Source: Candidatus Micrarchaeota archaeon (GTDB taxonomy: Archaea; Micrarchaeota; Micrarchaeia; Micrarchaeales; CABMGC01). From it: DNA of 61,019 nucleotides. Location: the NCBI GenBank assembly GCA_021801225.1, contig JAJYYF010000007.1:1-61019 (forward strand), written 5' to 3'. The translations under genes and the position numbers were made by a program. The notes below the pieces were generated by a model that saw only the letters and a program-made list of their open reading frames with translations, did not search any database and was not told the DNA's origin. Numbering within the stretch: the first letter of the stretch is position 1; each line of letters begins with the position of its first letter. Shown one piece after another: positions 19,034-29,456 of this stretch.

Positions 19034-20956
19034 TTACTCTTTACTTTCTGCGCTCCAGTCTATTTTATCATTATATGAATTATTTGATTCATAAGAATCA
19101 ACTGATTTTTTCGATAATGAAATAGGTGATTCATTTGAGAACTCACTTTCTTTCATTTTTGGCTTATTTCCATTTGAAGTTGAAGGATGATCGTCACCAT
19201 TATTACCATTAGAAGACCCAGTATCGCCGTTATTTCCTTTGTAATAAGAACTTCCTGAATCATTCTCTTTTGAGCTATACATGTAATCATAGTCATCTGA
19301 TCTTCTTCTGTATAATAAGTAAGCTACTATTATGATTACTACAATTCCTACAATATATAATGGAGGTATTGGCAACTTTATTCCAGATATTGAAAAGCCT
19401 TGATTATTTTGCTGTGGAGAATTTATTTTTAAAGTAACATTGCTAGAACATTGTTGAGGGTATGATGTTACATCACAAGCTACTAGATTGTAAGTTCCAT
19501 CTTGCATTAATGAAGTACTATATGTTATATTTCCAATTCCCGTAGCTATTAAATCATTGTTTGCAAATAAAGCGACTTTGTCCAAACCGAAATTTGTTGA
19601 AGCATATATTGTATTTTTTGTACCATAACTTACATTATAATAATTATTATTTACATTGTCTACATTTAATTGAACTTCTGGAACTCCTGTGTACGTAGTT
19701 GTGTTTATCTGTGGTCTTGCGCTAGGTTGAATTACCTTAATTGCAGAACCACATATCAATAGTTGAGATGTCAATTGAGTGTAACCAGATATATTAACTA
19801 ACTTAATTGAGTAAGCTGAGTCATTTATTTGACCTATATTTACACTTTGTCCTACACCTAAAAAGTAAGAAATGTTATTAACAGATACACTAGCTCCATC
19901 TTTGGTGAGTAATGTTTCTGCTACCTTGAAATCATGTGAATAGACATTAGTTGTATTATAAGTTCCCTGTGATAAAGTAATAGTATTACATATGGGATTT
20001 GTTAACGTAGTAGAAGGTTCTTGTTGTGGTATCTGAGTTGTTGGAGATCCTACATTTATGTAAACTAAGTTTGATTTGACTGGTTTACTATTTGAAACTG
20101 CAGAGTCATAAACCATAACATAATACTGAAAATGTCCTGCAGTAAATAAATTAAGGGTTAATGTGTTTGAGTTTGAATTACTTATTAAAGCTTGTTGATC
20201 GTTAGTGTTATTATACCACATATAAGTATAAGTTCCAGAACCTCCTTTTGCAGTTGCATATAATGTTTGTTGTGATCTTATCGCATCATTTGTTACATAC
20301 GGAGATGCTTTTACTGTAAGTGGTGAGCCAACAACCGTTACCTTAGATATTGCAGAAGTTACTCTGCCTAATGAATCAATAACTGTAACTTGTACGCTAC
20401 CATCTTGTGTTGCACTAAATGTACATGTATATGTATCACAAGGCAATGTTATTTGAGCTCCTGAAAGTGGAATAAAGTTCCAGTTATAAGTATATGGAGC
20501 TGATCCACTTGATACTGAAACTTTCATAGTAATATTTTGTCCAAAATCTGCTGCTTGATTATTTGGGCTGACATATGCAGTAAAGAAGTTTGGATTTTGA
20601 ACATATATGTAATTTGTGACGTTTGCTATATTGTTATATTGATCAATAACAGTTAATGTAACGTTACTATAACCAATTGTTGATGAGTTTCCATTAAAAG
20701 TAAGTATTCTTGAATCTCTTCCAACAGGTTGTCCATTTACTGACCATTCATATAAATAAGGAGGATAACCACCAGATACTGAAGCAGTTACTGTTTCATT
20801 ATTACCTATTGAAAGTACAGATTGTTGAAAGTTTAATGTTGCAGATATACTTTGAAAAAGTTTAAACGATGCAGCACCTACTGTAGAAAATAAAAACATT
20901 GAAAATAATACTAATAAAAATATATTCTTCGTTTTGTCACCAGCAATGAATACCAT
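19034..20956 (-). CDS. Cell-surface protein with PKD/Ig-like repeats, TM anchor and cytoplasmic tail
   Basis: Repeats GGYPPYLYEW, GSAPYTYNW, GGSGTYTYMW; signal peptide after the refined start MVFIAG. Confidence 0.82.
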   Translation of the reverse strand: MVFIAGDKTKNIFLLVLFSMFLFSTVGAASFKLFQSISATLNFQQSVLSIGNNETVTASVSGGYPPYLYEWSVNGQPVGRDSRILTFNGNSSTIGYSNVTLTVIDQYNNIANVTNYIYVQNPNFFTAYVSPNNQAADFGQNITMKVSVSSGSAPYTYNWNFIPLSGAQITLPCDTYTCTFSATQDGSVQVTVIDSLGRVTSAISKVTVVGSPLTVKASPYVTNDAIRSQQTLYATAKGGSGTYTYMWYNNTNDQQALISNSNSNTLTLNLFTAGHFQYYVMVYDSAVSNSKPVKSNLVYINVGSPTTQIPQQEPSTTLTNPICNTITLSQGTYNTTNVYSHDFKVAETLLTKDGASVSVNNISYFLGVGQSVNIGQINDSAYSIKLVNISGYTQLTSQLLICGSAIKVIQPSARPQINTTTYTGVPEVQLNVDNVNNNYYNVSYGTKNTIYASTNFGLDKVALFANNDLIATGIGNITYSTSLMQDGTYNLVACDVTSYPQQCSSNVTLKINSPQQNNQGFSISGIKLPIPPLYIVGIVVIIIVAYLLYRRRSDDYDYMYSSKENDSGSSYYKGNNGDTGSSNGNNGDDHPSTSNGNKPKMKESEFSNESPISLSKKSVDSYESNNSYNDKIDWSAESKE

Positions 20957-21084
20957 AGTATATATTTTGTGTTTTTTGATATATAAAGCTTTGCTATATC
21001 TCAATTACTGTATACTTAATTAATAAAAACATTGAATAAAACCAGTAAAACTATAAAAATTTAAAAATAAAAAACAACTTTAAA

Positions 21085-21579
21085 TCACTTTAGAGCTTTT
21101 ACAAGGTTGAGTAATTTATCTAACTGCTGATTCCACCCCATAGTCATACCTTGTATTGCAGATGGTGCTTTTGGACCTTCCATTTTAGTTACAATTAAAT
21201 CTACAGATAACTTTGTCTTATTGTCGATTTTTTCAAATGTAACAGTAACTTCCTGTTCTATGAAGGTATTACTGCTTCTATCTACATCATCAAGAGCCCC
21301 GCTTGTATAGACTAATTTACTATTTGGAATTACCTCTTTGAATGTGCCATTCATTGGCCATTTTATTCCTTCTGCAGGACCAAGCTCCTTTCCTGCCAAC
21401 ATAACTATATATATTTTACCACCTGGTCTTGCATCCCATTCACAAGTAGGATTTGTTACCCCAGTAGGACCCCACCATTTTTGAATCAGATTTTTATCTG
21501 TCCATGCCTTCCAAACTAATTCCACAGGTGCATCTAACATTCTCGTTAAATGCAGTTCTTTTATAAGTTCGTTTTCCAT
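21085..21579 (-). CDS. SRPBCC/AHSA1 domain protein
   Basis: LTRMLDAPVELVWKAWTD...WWGP...GWNQQLDKL. Confidence 0.92.
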   Translation of the reverse strand: MENELIKELHLTRMLDAPVELVWKAWTDKNLIQKWWGPTGVTNPTCEWDARPGGKIYIVMLAGKELGPAEGIKWPMNGTFKEVIPNSKLVYTSGALDDVDRSSNTFIEQEVTVTFEKIDNKTKLSVDLIVTKMEGPKAPSAIQGMTMGWNQQLDKLLNLVKALK

Positions 21580-21583
21580 TATA

Positions 21584-21895
21584 TCACTTAGTATTTTCTT
21601 TTTGTAATAATTTTTCTAAATTATCTAAACGTGAGTTCCATTGAGTTTCAATTTTTTTAGCCCATTCTTCTACTTCGACAACTTTTGAGGTATTTATAAA
21701 ATAAATGTGCTTTTGTGCTTTCTTTTTCATCAAAACAACTTTAGCTTCTAATAATACATTTAGATGTTGAGAAATTGCTTGTGCAGTAATATTAAATTTT
21801 TTTGATATTTCTCCAGAAGTTAACTGACCGTTTATCGCCAGTAACTCCAAGATCTTTCTTCGCCTAGGTTCTGCAAGTACATAAAAAGTGTCCAT
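21584..21895 (-). CDS. ArsR/SmtB family transcriptional regulator
   Basis: LAEPRRRKILELL, AISQHLNVLLEA and WNSRLDNL; usual ArsR-SRPBCC pairing. Confidence 0.92.
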   Translation of the reverse strand: MDTFYVLAEPRRRKILELLAINGQLTSGEISKKFNITAQAISQHLNVLLEAKVVLMKKKAQKHIYFINTSKVVEVEEWAKKIETQWNSRLDNLEKLLQKENTK

Positions 21896-21941
21896 AGTTA
21901 TATTATAAACTAATTACTTTATAAAGCTTCTGCTTTAATAA

Positions 21942-23057
21942 TCATTTGAGTAACTCGGTTTTAATAATTAGGTCAGAACCAATAAAATTACCATACAACT
22001 TAGATGATTCTAAAAGCAAATTATTTTCTTCTTTTGAAAGTTTTTTAAACATTATATTAGTCAATGCAACTTTATTTCTATAACTTTGTTTCTTCCAAGT
22101 TCCCACAACTTTTCCATTTAAAACAATTATCGGTTTAAAAATTCCATTGCTATGTATTAGTGATAACTTGCCACTTTTAAGTAAAGACTGTGTATTTTTA
22201 TCTTCTAGAATTATCTTTCTATCTGAGTAGCTAATTAAATACTCATCAAAAGCAGGAAGTAAGTACACGGAAGGTTCTTGTTTTTTAACGTTACTGAATT
22301 TTTTATTTAAATAAAATACGGTATCTTCAATTTGAGTTGATGTAATTTCTTTTGATAACTCAATACCTAACTTTGCATCAGATGTTGTTAATCCAGACCA
22401 CCAAACAAAATCTTTTATTGTTGCAGGACCATGACTTGTAAAGTATGTAAGAGTTAATTTTTTAATTGCTTCTTCTCTAGACATAACATTATCTTTTTTA
22501 GGTATGCAATCTTCAAGAAGCATAAATGTTTGCTCATTTTCTTGATAACTTCCAAAGCATATTAAGCCATCCCAAGCTGCACGATACAGCATGTGATAGC
22601 CAAGATTATTTTTTGATGGAATGCCAGCTTTATCCATTATTGAATACATTTCTTTACGAGATAATTGTTTTTTTAATTTTAATGCATTTTTAAAAAGAGT
22701 TAATGTTTTTTCAACTGTAGAGTTAGATAAGCCAAGAGATTCATCACGTCTTATTGCTGTTTTATGCAAACGTGGACCGAATAAATTTAGCATATACTTT
22801 ATATCAGAGCTGCGGCCAAAATGAATAGTGCCCCTCATTAACCATGTGCGTATTATTTTATGATTAGATATAACAGTTTCAACATCTTTTTTTGTGGTGC
22901 CTTTTTTTGATCGTAGTGCAATAGCGTATAATGCAGATTGATAATCTTGTGCTTGAATAGCACCCATAGATGAAACTACATCTTCAGGAGAGTTGAAAAG
23001 ATTTGAAGAAATACCTTGTGTCTTTAATCTAATTTCAAGTATATTGTTAAGTTCCAT
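21942..23057 (-). CDS. AlkZ-like (HTH_42) DNA glycosylase
   Basis: QAQD, RTWLMRGTIH, HGPATIKDFVWWSGL and LLPAFDEYLISY. Confidence 0.9.
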   Translation of the reverse strand: MELNNILEIRLKTQGISSNLFNSPEDVVSSMGAIQAQDYQSALYAIALRSKKGTTKKDVETVISNHKIIRTWLMRGTIHFGRSSDIKYMLNLFGPRLHKTAIRRDESLGLSNSTVEKTLTLFKNALKLKKQLSRKEMYSIMDKAGIPSKNNLGYHMLYRAAWDGLICFGSYQENEQTFMLLEDCIPKKDNVMSREEAIKKLTLTYFTSHGPATIKDFVWWSGLTTSDAKLGIELSKEITSTQIEDTVFYLNKKFSNVKKQEPSVYLLPAFDEYLISYSDRKIILEDKNTQSLLKSGKLSLIHSNGIFKPIIVLNGKVVGTWKKQSYRNKVALTNIMFKKLSKEENNLLLESSKLYGNFIGSDLIIKTELLK

Positions 23058-23137
23058 CAATAAATAATAAAAATTAAACTATAAAGAGTTATCCTTGTTT
23101 TTTATTTAAATGATTTATTTATTGAAAAATAAGTATT

Positions 23138-23212
23138 TGCTCCGACTGGGATTTGGACCCAGGTTTAAGCCGTGAGAGGGCTTCGTCCTTGACCGGGCTA
23201 GACGATCGGAGC
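23138..23212 (-). tRNA. tRNA-Glu(CTC)
   Basis: GCTCCGA/TCGGAGC acceptor stem; anticodon arm AAGCC-CTCTCAC-GGCTT; T-loop TCCAAAT. Confidence 0.93.
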
Positions 23213-23263
23213 TAGAAAGTATTAAGTTATTTGTTGCTAATTATATATAAGTTTTGTGATTGC

Positions 23264-24487
23264 ATGCTAACGGATAAATACACTCCTAAAACAGTTAATG
23301 GCATAATAGGAAATAATGATGCAGTTTCAAAATTAATCCAGTTTGCAGGAAAAATCCATAATAAGGAAAGGCCAAGACCTATGCTTCTTTTTGGACCTTC
23401 AGGAACCGGTAAAACTGCTTCTGCTCATGCTGTAGCTTATGGAAATGGATTTGAGTTATTAGAGTTAAATGCAAGTGATTATAGAGATATTGAAACGCTT
23501 AAAAAAAGATTAAAACCAGCAAGTGAAAGTAGAGGTTTATTTAATAAAAATATACTTATTTTATTAGATGAAATTGATGAATTATCTAAAAAGTTGGACA
23601 GTGGAGCTGAACGAGTAGTTAGAGATTTAATAAAAAATTCTAAGCAGCCTATAATATTTACAGCTACTGATTTTTGGAATAAGGACATAAGCTACTTGAG
23701 AATGTCAGTAGATAAGGTAGAATTTAAAAAAGTAACTCCGGATGAAATAAAAAAACATTTATTGTATATTTTGAAGGAGGAAGGCATCAATATGAAAGGT
23801 ACTGTAGTAGAACAGATAGCACTTAGATCTAATGGAGATGTTAGAGGCGCAGTTAACGATCTAGAGATGATGGTAAATGCAGATGAAGCACTTATTGAGA
23901 GTATAGGCTTAAGGGATAGAAAAATAGAGATTTTTGCTGTTTTAGATAAGATATTTTTATCAAATAATTTTGATACTTCTAGGAATGCCATGGCAAGAAG
24001 CGATTTGGATATAGGTATGCTAATAAATTGGATTGATGAGAATATAACTAAAAGATACCCTAGTAAAAGGGATATAAACGAGGCATACAGTAACCTTGCG
24101 CTAGCTAGTAAATACTTTGAAAGGGCGTCTAGGACCAATCATTACGAGTACTTCAAATATGCTAGTGTTTTAGCTTCAGCGGGAATATCTATATCAAATA
24201 AAGGAAGAACAACTATGCTTAAACAGTATTCTTTTCCATCTAATATCAGATATATGAGCAGTACTAAAGACGAAAGAGTTACACTGAATAACATTGCCGA
24301 TAGATTATCTCCATTGTTGCATACTAATAGGAAAAAAATAATAAGTAGCTACTTACCCATACTTAAAATTGCAATAGAAAACTCAATTAAAAAATATGGA
24401 AAAGATGAAACATTAAGCAGAATAGCCTTCACGATGGGTCTTTTTGAAGAAGATGTAGAGACCATTTTAAATAAAAAACTTAAATAA
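23264..24487 (+). CDS. rfcL: Replication factor C large subunit
   Basis: DKYTPK, GPSGTGKT, ELNASD, DEID, GDVRGA and WIDEN; start refined to ATG 23264. Confidence 0.92.
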   Translation: MLTDKYTPKTVNGIIGNNDAVSKLIQFAGKIHNKERPRPMLLFGPSGTGKTASAHAVAYGNGFELLELNASDYRDIETLKKRLKPASESRGLFNKNILILLDEIDELSKKLDSGAERVVRDLIKNSKQPIIFTATDFWNKDISYLRMSVDKVEFKKVTPDEIKKHLLYILKEEGINMKGTVVEQIALRSNGDVRGAVNDLEMMVNADEALIESIGLRDRKIEIFAVLDKIFLSNNFDTSRNAMARSDLDIGMLINWIDENITKRYPSKRDINEAYSNLALASKYFERASRTNHYEYFKYASVLASAGISISNKGRTTMLKQYSFPSNIRYMSSTKDERVTLNNIADRLSPLLHTNRKKIISSYLPILKIAIENSIKKYGKDETLSRIAFTMGLFEEDVETILNKKLK

Positions 24488-26123
24488 AGCTTAATGAAAG
24501 TTCAAAGGCAGTAGTTGGTTCTTCTATTCCAAAATTTCTTAGAACAACAGGATGTACTTCCCCGAATACACCAAGTTCTTTTCCATTAATTAAGATTGAT
24601 GCGCACCTGCCTTCTATAAAACTATTGTGCTTACATTCTGCAATGCTAAAAGAAATTCTAAGCGTAAGCAATACACTATAAATAATACTTTTCATATCAT
24701 TGAAGTTTTGCTTGTTATTAGTTGATACACAAGCAATATGATAATCTTCTACTGGTTTATTTTTATCAATAGAAAAAATTAAATCCAGTTCAAAGATCTT
24801 TTGTGGTAATTTTTCATGCTTACTTAATGACAAAACATGTAGAAGGGATGGAAGAATATGAGTACGCGCCATAGTTATAGAAGAAGATTTTGAGTCCTTT
24901 AAGAGTATATAATCTTTTTTATTTGGAATATCTAACCTCATTTTTGTGAAATTTTTATCTTCGTTGGTAAGATAAGTTGATATCAATTCAGTGAATCCAA
25001 CTCCTATAAAAGCATCTGAAATTCTATTAAAGAGTATAGTGTTATCTAAAAGTTTTCCCTTGGTAATTGATGGTACAGGAGTTGCAACTATATATTCATA
25101 GCCATAGCCTATTGCAATATCTTCAATAACATCTTGTTCATTTAAGATATCGATTCTATATGCGGGTATTGAGAATCTAATTTTTTGATTTAGTACTGCA
25201 GCTTCGTATCCCATTTTATTTGCAAGAGAAATAATAATACTTGAATCTAATTTAATTCCAATTTCAGCTCCTATTTGAGATACAGGGATTGTTACATAAT
25301 TTTCAGGAAAACTTAATGAAGTATAATTTTTATTATTCCCTGAAATATTTATTTGGTATATTTTTGCACCTAATTCATGAAAATTTATTGCAAGCATTTC
25401 GTTTATTTTTTTAACTAAATCTTCAGAAGTTCCAGTAACTTCTACAAAAAGATTAGTTGTTTTTTTAGTTACAGCAGTACGTTTTGAGTTTATTATTGGT
25501 ATTAAGGCCAATACGCCTTTTGTATCTTCTAAAACTGGAAACATGTTTGTTTTTGGCAATGCTGTTGAATACATTTTACCTTTTTCGGTGTTTTTTAATA
25601 CATCGCTAAAAAGTTCAGGTTCATTTCCTTTAAGATGAATAAATTTTTTGTCATTTGAAAGCTTAAACTCTATTGTTTTATCTATCGTATCATAATCATG
25701 TATACCTATTGATAATTTTTTCCTCATTCTCCCCAATGTATCAGATAATTTTTCTGAAAAATTAAATATATCAGCTAATGAGTTATCATCAAGTTTTATG
25801 TCTTTTGCGACAAAGCCATAGATAAATAATTTATTTTTTATGTTAGGATTTATAATTAAGTTCAACTGTGTCTCTTTTGTATCTTTTATTATATTATAGT
25901 GAAAGTTTTTATTCTGATGTAAAAAATTTCTGAGGTAACGTGCTAACCCAACTACTGAAAATAAATCGGGTCTGTTAGGTGTTATTTCTAAAGTCAAGGA
26001 ATTTTCTTCTTCATGTTCTACCTCGATACCTAATTTATAAAGAATTTCATTCAGTTTCTGCTTCTCTAATTTTGAACCGACCAGTTTCAGCAAATAATCA
26101 ATATTAAATGTAACATTTGGCAT
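24480..26123 (-). CDS. pheT: Phenylalanyl-tRNA synthetase beta subunit
   Basis: NRPDL, RIDILNEQDVIEDIAIGYGY and GEVHP. Confidence 0.96.
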   Translation of the reverse strand: MPNVTFNIDYLLKLVGSKLEKQKLNEILYKLGIEVEHEEENSLTLEITPNRPDLFSVVGLARYLRNFLHQNKNFHYNIIKDTKETQLNLIINPNIKNKLFIYGFVAKDIKLDDNSLADIFNFSEKLSDTLGRMRKKLSIGIHDYDTIDKTIEFKLSNDKKFIHLKGNEPELFSDVLKNTEKGKMYSTALPKTNMFPVLEDTKGVLALIPIINSKRTAVTKKTTNLFVEVTGTSEDLVKKINEMLAINFHELGAKIYQINISGNNKNYTSLSFPENYVTIPVSQIGAEIGIKLDSSIIISLANKMGYEAAVLNQKIRFSIPAYRIDILNEQDVIEDIAIGYGYEYIVATPVPSITKGKLLDNTILFNRISDAFIGVGFTELISTYLTNEDKNFTKMRLDIPNKKDYILLKDSKSSSITMARTHILPSLLHVLSLSKHEKLPQKIFELDLIFSIDKNKPVEDYHIACVSTNNKQNFNDMKSIIYSVLLTLRISFSIAECKHNSFIEGRCASILINGKELGVFGEVHPVVLRNFGIEEPTTAFELSLSFI

Positions 26124-27601
26124 TAAATCAACTCTCTGCTTCTTAACCAGCCTAAATCACTATTATAGTACTCAGTTATGCTTTTCATATTTTTGTCCTT
26201 AAGCAATAACATTCTTTCTATCCCAAGACCCCATGCAAGAACGGATATATCTTTTCTTTTTATTCCGGTTATTTCTCTTCTTATTATGCCTGAACCTCCA
26301 ATCTCTAGCCACTCTCCTTTTTCACCTAACTGAGCAAATATCTCTGCTCCAGGTTCTACAAATGGAAAGTAGGCAGGTTTAAACCTAATATTTACATTAA
26401 ATGCTTTGTAAAAAGTGATAAGTGTATCGAATAGATTTGAAAGAGTAAGATTTTTACCTATTATTATTCCATCAGTTTGATAAAAGTCAGTAAGATGTTT
26501 ATAATCAAGGTTTTCATTTCTAAAAACTCTCCCAACAGTAAATAACTTTTTAGGAAGTAATTGATTTTTATCTTTTGCAAATTGTTTTATAAATTCTCGA
26601 ATATATCTTACTGATACACTTGTCATTTGTGTTCTTAATACAGCTGATTTTGCATCATTATCATTCCACTTAATTTTCCAGGCTTTTGTATTTGTTTTCT
26701 TTATTTGTTTTAGGTACTCTTGCTCTTCTATATCTAAAAATTCAGGATTTGAAAGATGGAATGTATCTTGAGTATCTCTGGCAGGATGATCTTGTGGTAC
26801 AAATAATGAATCAAAAACCCAAAAAGATGGCTCTATTATAGGGCCAGATATTTCATTAAAACCCATCTGTGAAAATGTTATTTTTATGTCGTTTATTAGT
26901 GATCTCAACGGATGTCTCATTGAAACTATTTCAGATGGGACTCCTACTGAAATATCGTATTTTTTAAATTTCAAGGACTCAATATTTTTGCTTGTTATTA
27001 TTTCCTTTGTTAATTCGTCTATATGTTCGGAATCGGAAAAGTCCTTGAACTCTAGACCTTTTTTAGAGATTTTTATACTTAGTATATTATTTTTTTCTTT
27101 TATCTCTAATAATTTTCTTGACTTAAACTCATCTATTGAGCTTCTTTCTTCAGCAGATATATGTTTTGGCACTACTTTTAGTTTTGAAAGAGAATTTAGA
27201 AGTATAGACTCATTTGATGGCACCTTATTTTTTTCCCCAGAAGGAGTAATTATTAGATATCCGTCTTTAATTTGAGCTAGTTTTTTCTTTATGCACCATT
27301 GTAAAGCTATTCTATCTTTCTCAGATATGAGAGTTTTTAGCTCTAGCTTTTTTTGGGACTTCAACTTTTCTAGCAGTGAATCTTCTGGAAGTAATGAGTT
27401 TGCATAAACCTCGCCCTCTGGAAAAAAGCTTATAGCTAGCTCTTTTTCTCTTTGTAATTCTATTAGAGAAATGTTGCTAAGATTTTCTATAGCCCAAAGC
27501 AACTCATCCTTCCCAAGATTTACTTCCTCCATTAATTGTTCAGGCGTTTTACTTTTCCCATCTTGAAGCGATTTAATTATTGCTAATTCATATTTATGCA
27601 T
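26123..27601 (-). CDS. pheS: Phenylalanyl-tRNA synthetase alpha subunit
   Basis: PQDHPARDTQDTF, FRNE, YFPFVEP and AWGLGIER. Confidence 0.96.
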   Translation of the reverse strand: MHKYELAIIKSLQDGKSKTPEQLMEEVNLGKDELLWAIENLSNISLIELQREKELAISFFPEGEVYANSLLPEDSLLEKLKSQKKLELKTLISEKDRIALQWCIKKKLAQIKDGYLIITPSGEKNKVPSNESILLNSLSKLKVVPKHISAEERSSIDEFKSRKLLEIKEKNNILSIKISKKGLEFKDFSDSEHIDELTKEIITSKNIESLKFKKYDISVGVPSEIVSMRHPLRSLINDIKITFSQMGFNEISGPIIEPSFWVFDSLFVPQDHPARDTQDTFHLSNPEFLDIEEQEYLKQIKKTNTKAWKIKWNDNDAKSAVLRTQMTSVSVRYIREFIKQFAKDKNQLLPKKLFTVGRVFRNENLDYKHLTDFYQTDGIIIGKNLTLSNLFDTLITFYKAFNVNIRFKPAYFPFVEPGAEIFAQLGEKGEWLEIGGSGIIRREITGIKRKDISVLAWGLGIERMLLLKDKNMKSITEYYNSDLGWLRSRELI

Positions 27602-27687
27602 AAAGGCCCTTAATTAAAATTTATAACAGATAATATTCAATAAATAAGTATTAAAAGATTTGTTGATTAAACGTATTATGTGAAATT

Positions 27688-28587
27688 ATGCTAAAAGACT
27701 ATTTAATAGAAGTTTTTGAGCCTTCTTTGCTTTTTGGATTACTTTGTTCAGCAGTAGGGTTATTTGCAGCAATTTATTTTAAAATGATCAATTTATATTT
27801 AGGATTAATAGCAATTTTTGGGGTAATTATATTACAAATAGCGGTTAACTTGATAGATGATTATGTTGATTACAAAATAGGAATAGACAAAGAAACAACA
27901 AAAACAAAATTTAGTGGTGGAAGCATTTTAGTTACAAGTAATAAAGTAACCACTAAAAACATAATAATTATAGCGGTTTTTGCAATTTTAGTTGCGGGTT
28001 TATTAGGAATATATATAATTGGATTTTTAAGTAGTTTCGTAATAAATTTCATAATATTAAGTATGATTTTTGGGTTAATTGCTACTGTTTTTTATGCAAG
28101 ATATTTAACACATGTACCGTTTTTTTCTGAACCGTTTGTCAGTTTATCCTTTGCTTATGTAGGATTAGCTGTTTTTGTAGTAGCTAGCAATAATTTTTTA
28201 AATGCTTTAGGGCTATTTTTCTTTGTTTTTATACCTTCAGGAATACAAGTCGGAGTGGCTATGATCGCAAATGAGTTGCCAGATAAAAAAGCTGACAAAA
28301 AATATGGAAGAAGAAATACCGTAATAATGTTATCAGATAATAAAAAATCCGGATTGCTTTATTTATTATATTATGTTATAGCATACTTTTTAATTTTTGC
28401 AGGAATTTTTATCGGATTTTTACCCATAACATTTTTAATAACTTTAATCGTACTTCCAGGAATTTATAAGGTTTGGAAAGGAATAAGTAATTATAAAAAT
28501 CCAAAAACCCATGAAAAAACAATGGGTATTAATACATTTACTGCATTTTTATTAATAGCTTTATTATCTTTAGCTTTTATAATATAA
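27688..28587 (+). CDS. menA: UbiA-family prenyltransferase, MenA-like
   Basis: NLIDDYVDYKIGID...FSGGS and NELPDKKADKKYGRR; adjacent to a polyprenyl synthase and menG. Confidence 0.8.
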   Translation: MLKDYLIEVFEPSLLFGLLCSAVGLFAAIYFKMINLYLGLIAIFGVIILQIAVNLIDDYVDYKIGIDKETTKTKFSGGSILVTSNKVTTKNIIIIAVFAILVAGLLGIYIIGFLSSFVINFIILSMIFGLIATVFYARYLTHVPFFSEPFVSLSFAYVGLAVFVVASNNFLNALGLFFFVFIPSGIQVGVAMIANELPDKKADKKYGRRNTVIMLSDNKKSGLLYLLYYVIAYFLIFAGIFIGFLPITFLITLIVLPGIYKVWKGISNYKNPKTHEKTMGINTFTAFLLIALLSLAFII

Positions 28588-28598
28588 TTGGTCATTAA

Positions 28599-29453
28599 TT
28601 GTACACTGATCAGAAATTAGTATCGATAAAGGAGATTTCTAAGGGCATAGAGTTAACTAATAAAAAACTTTTGGCTTTAGGTAAAAGTGATTTTTTAGAT
28701 AAACAGCTTTCTGATGCGGCTGTGCATTTAATTAGAAGGCATGGAAAACTTATAAGACCAGGTTTAGTTTTTTTTGGAGCGCTTTATTCTGGATATGACA
28801 TAGAAGATGTAGTTGATTTAGCTGTTTCTATAGAGTTGTTACATACATCATCATTAATACATGATGATTTAATAGATAGAGATCTGGAAAGAAGAGGTGT
28901 TAATACAACTCATCTTGAATTTGGAGAAGAGTTAGCTATACTTGCCGGAGATGTTTTAATTTCTAAGGCCATACAAACTTCTGCAAGATATGGAGAGGAA
29001 GTAATAAGGTACATGTCGAATACTGCAATGCAGATGTCTGCCGGAGAGACACTTGATTTTAGGTATCAAAAATCGAAAAAGATACCTAAATTAACTGAGT
29101 ACTTCAAAATTTCTGAGTTAAAGAGCGCATCTCTGATAAAAACATCTGCTGCAATATTTCCTTTTTATAAAAAATCTAAAACAATTAAAGAATTGGAAGC
29201 TTTTGGCTTGAACTTTGGTTTAGCATTTCAGATAAAAGATGATTTAAATGATTATCTAAATGAAGGCAGAAATAATGATATTAATAAATTTAGACCTAAT
29301 ATAATAAGTTCTTTGATAAGTGAAGGCAATACCATTGAAAAATCAATTGAAGAAACTAAATTACTTAATAAAAAATATCTTAACACTGCAATTAACTCAT
29401 TAAAAAATGACTCAGATGAGTTCTCAAAATATTTTAAAATGGCAGAGATATAA
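28599..29453 (+). CDS. Polyprenyl diphosphate synthase
   Basis: GKLIRP, first motif HDDLIDRDLERRG, second motif FQIKDD. Confidence 0.92.
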   Translation: MYTDQKLVSIKEISKGIELTNKKLLALGKSDFLDKQLSDAAVHLIRRHGKLIRPGLVFFGALYSGYDIEDVVDLAVSIELLHTSSLIHDDLIDRDLERRGVNTTHLEFGEELAILAGDVLISKAIQTSARYGEEVIRYMSNTAMQMSAGETLDFRYQKSKKIPKLTEYFKISELKSASLIKTSAAIFPFYKKSKTIKELEAFGLNFGLAFQIKDDLNDYLNEGRNNDINKFRPNIISSLISEGNTIEKSIEETKLLNKKYLNTAINSLKNDSDEFSKYFKMAEI

Positions 29454-29456
29454 TCT

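Noticed and set aside
3901-23212. tRNA introns or split tRNAs, as known from ARMAN and Nanoarchaeum
   Set aside because: Both tRNAs fold as uninterrupted 73-75 nt cloverleaves.
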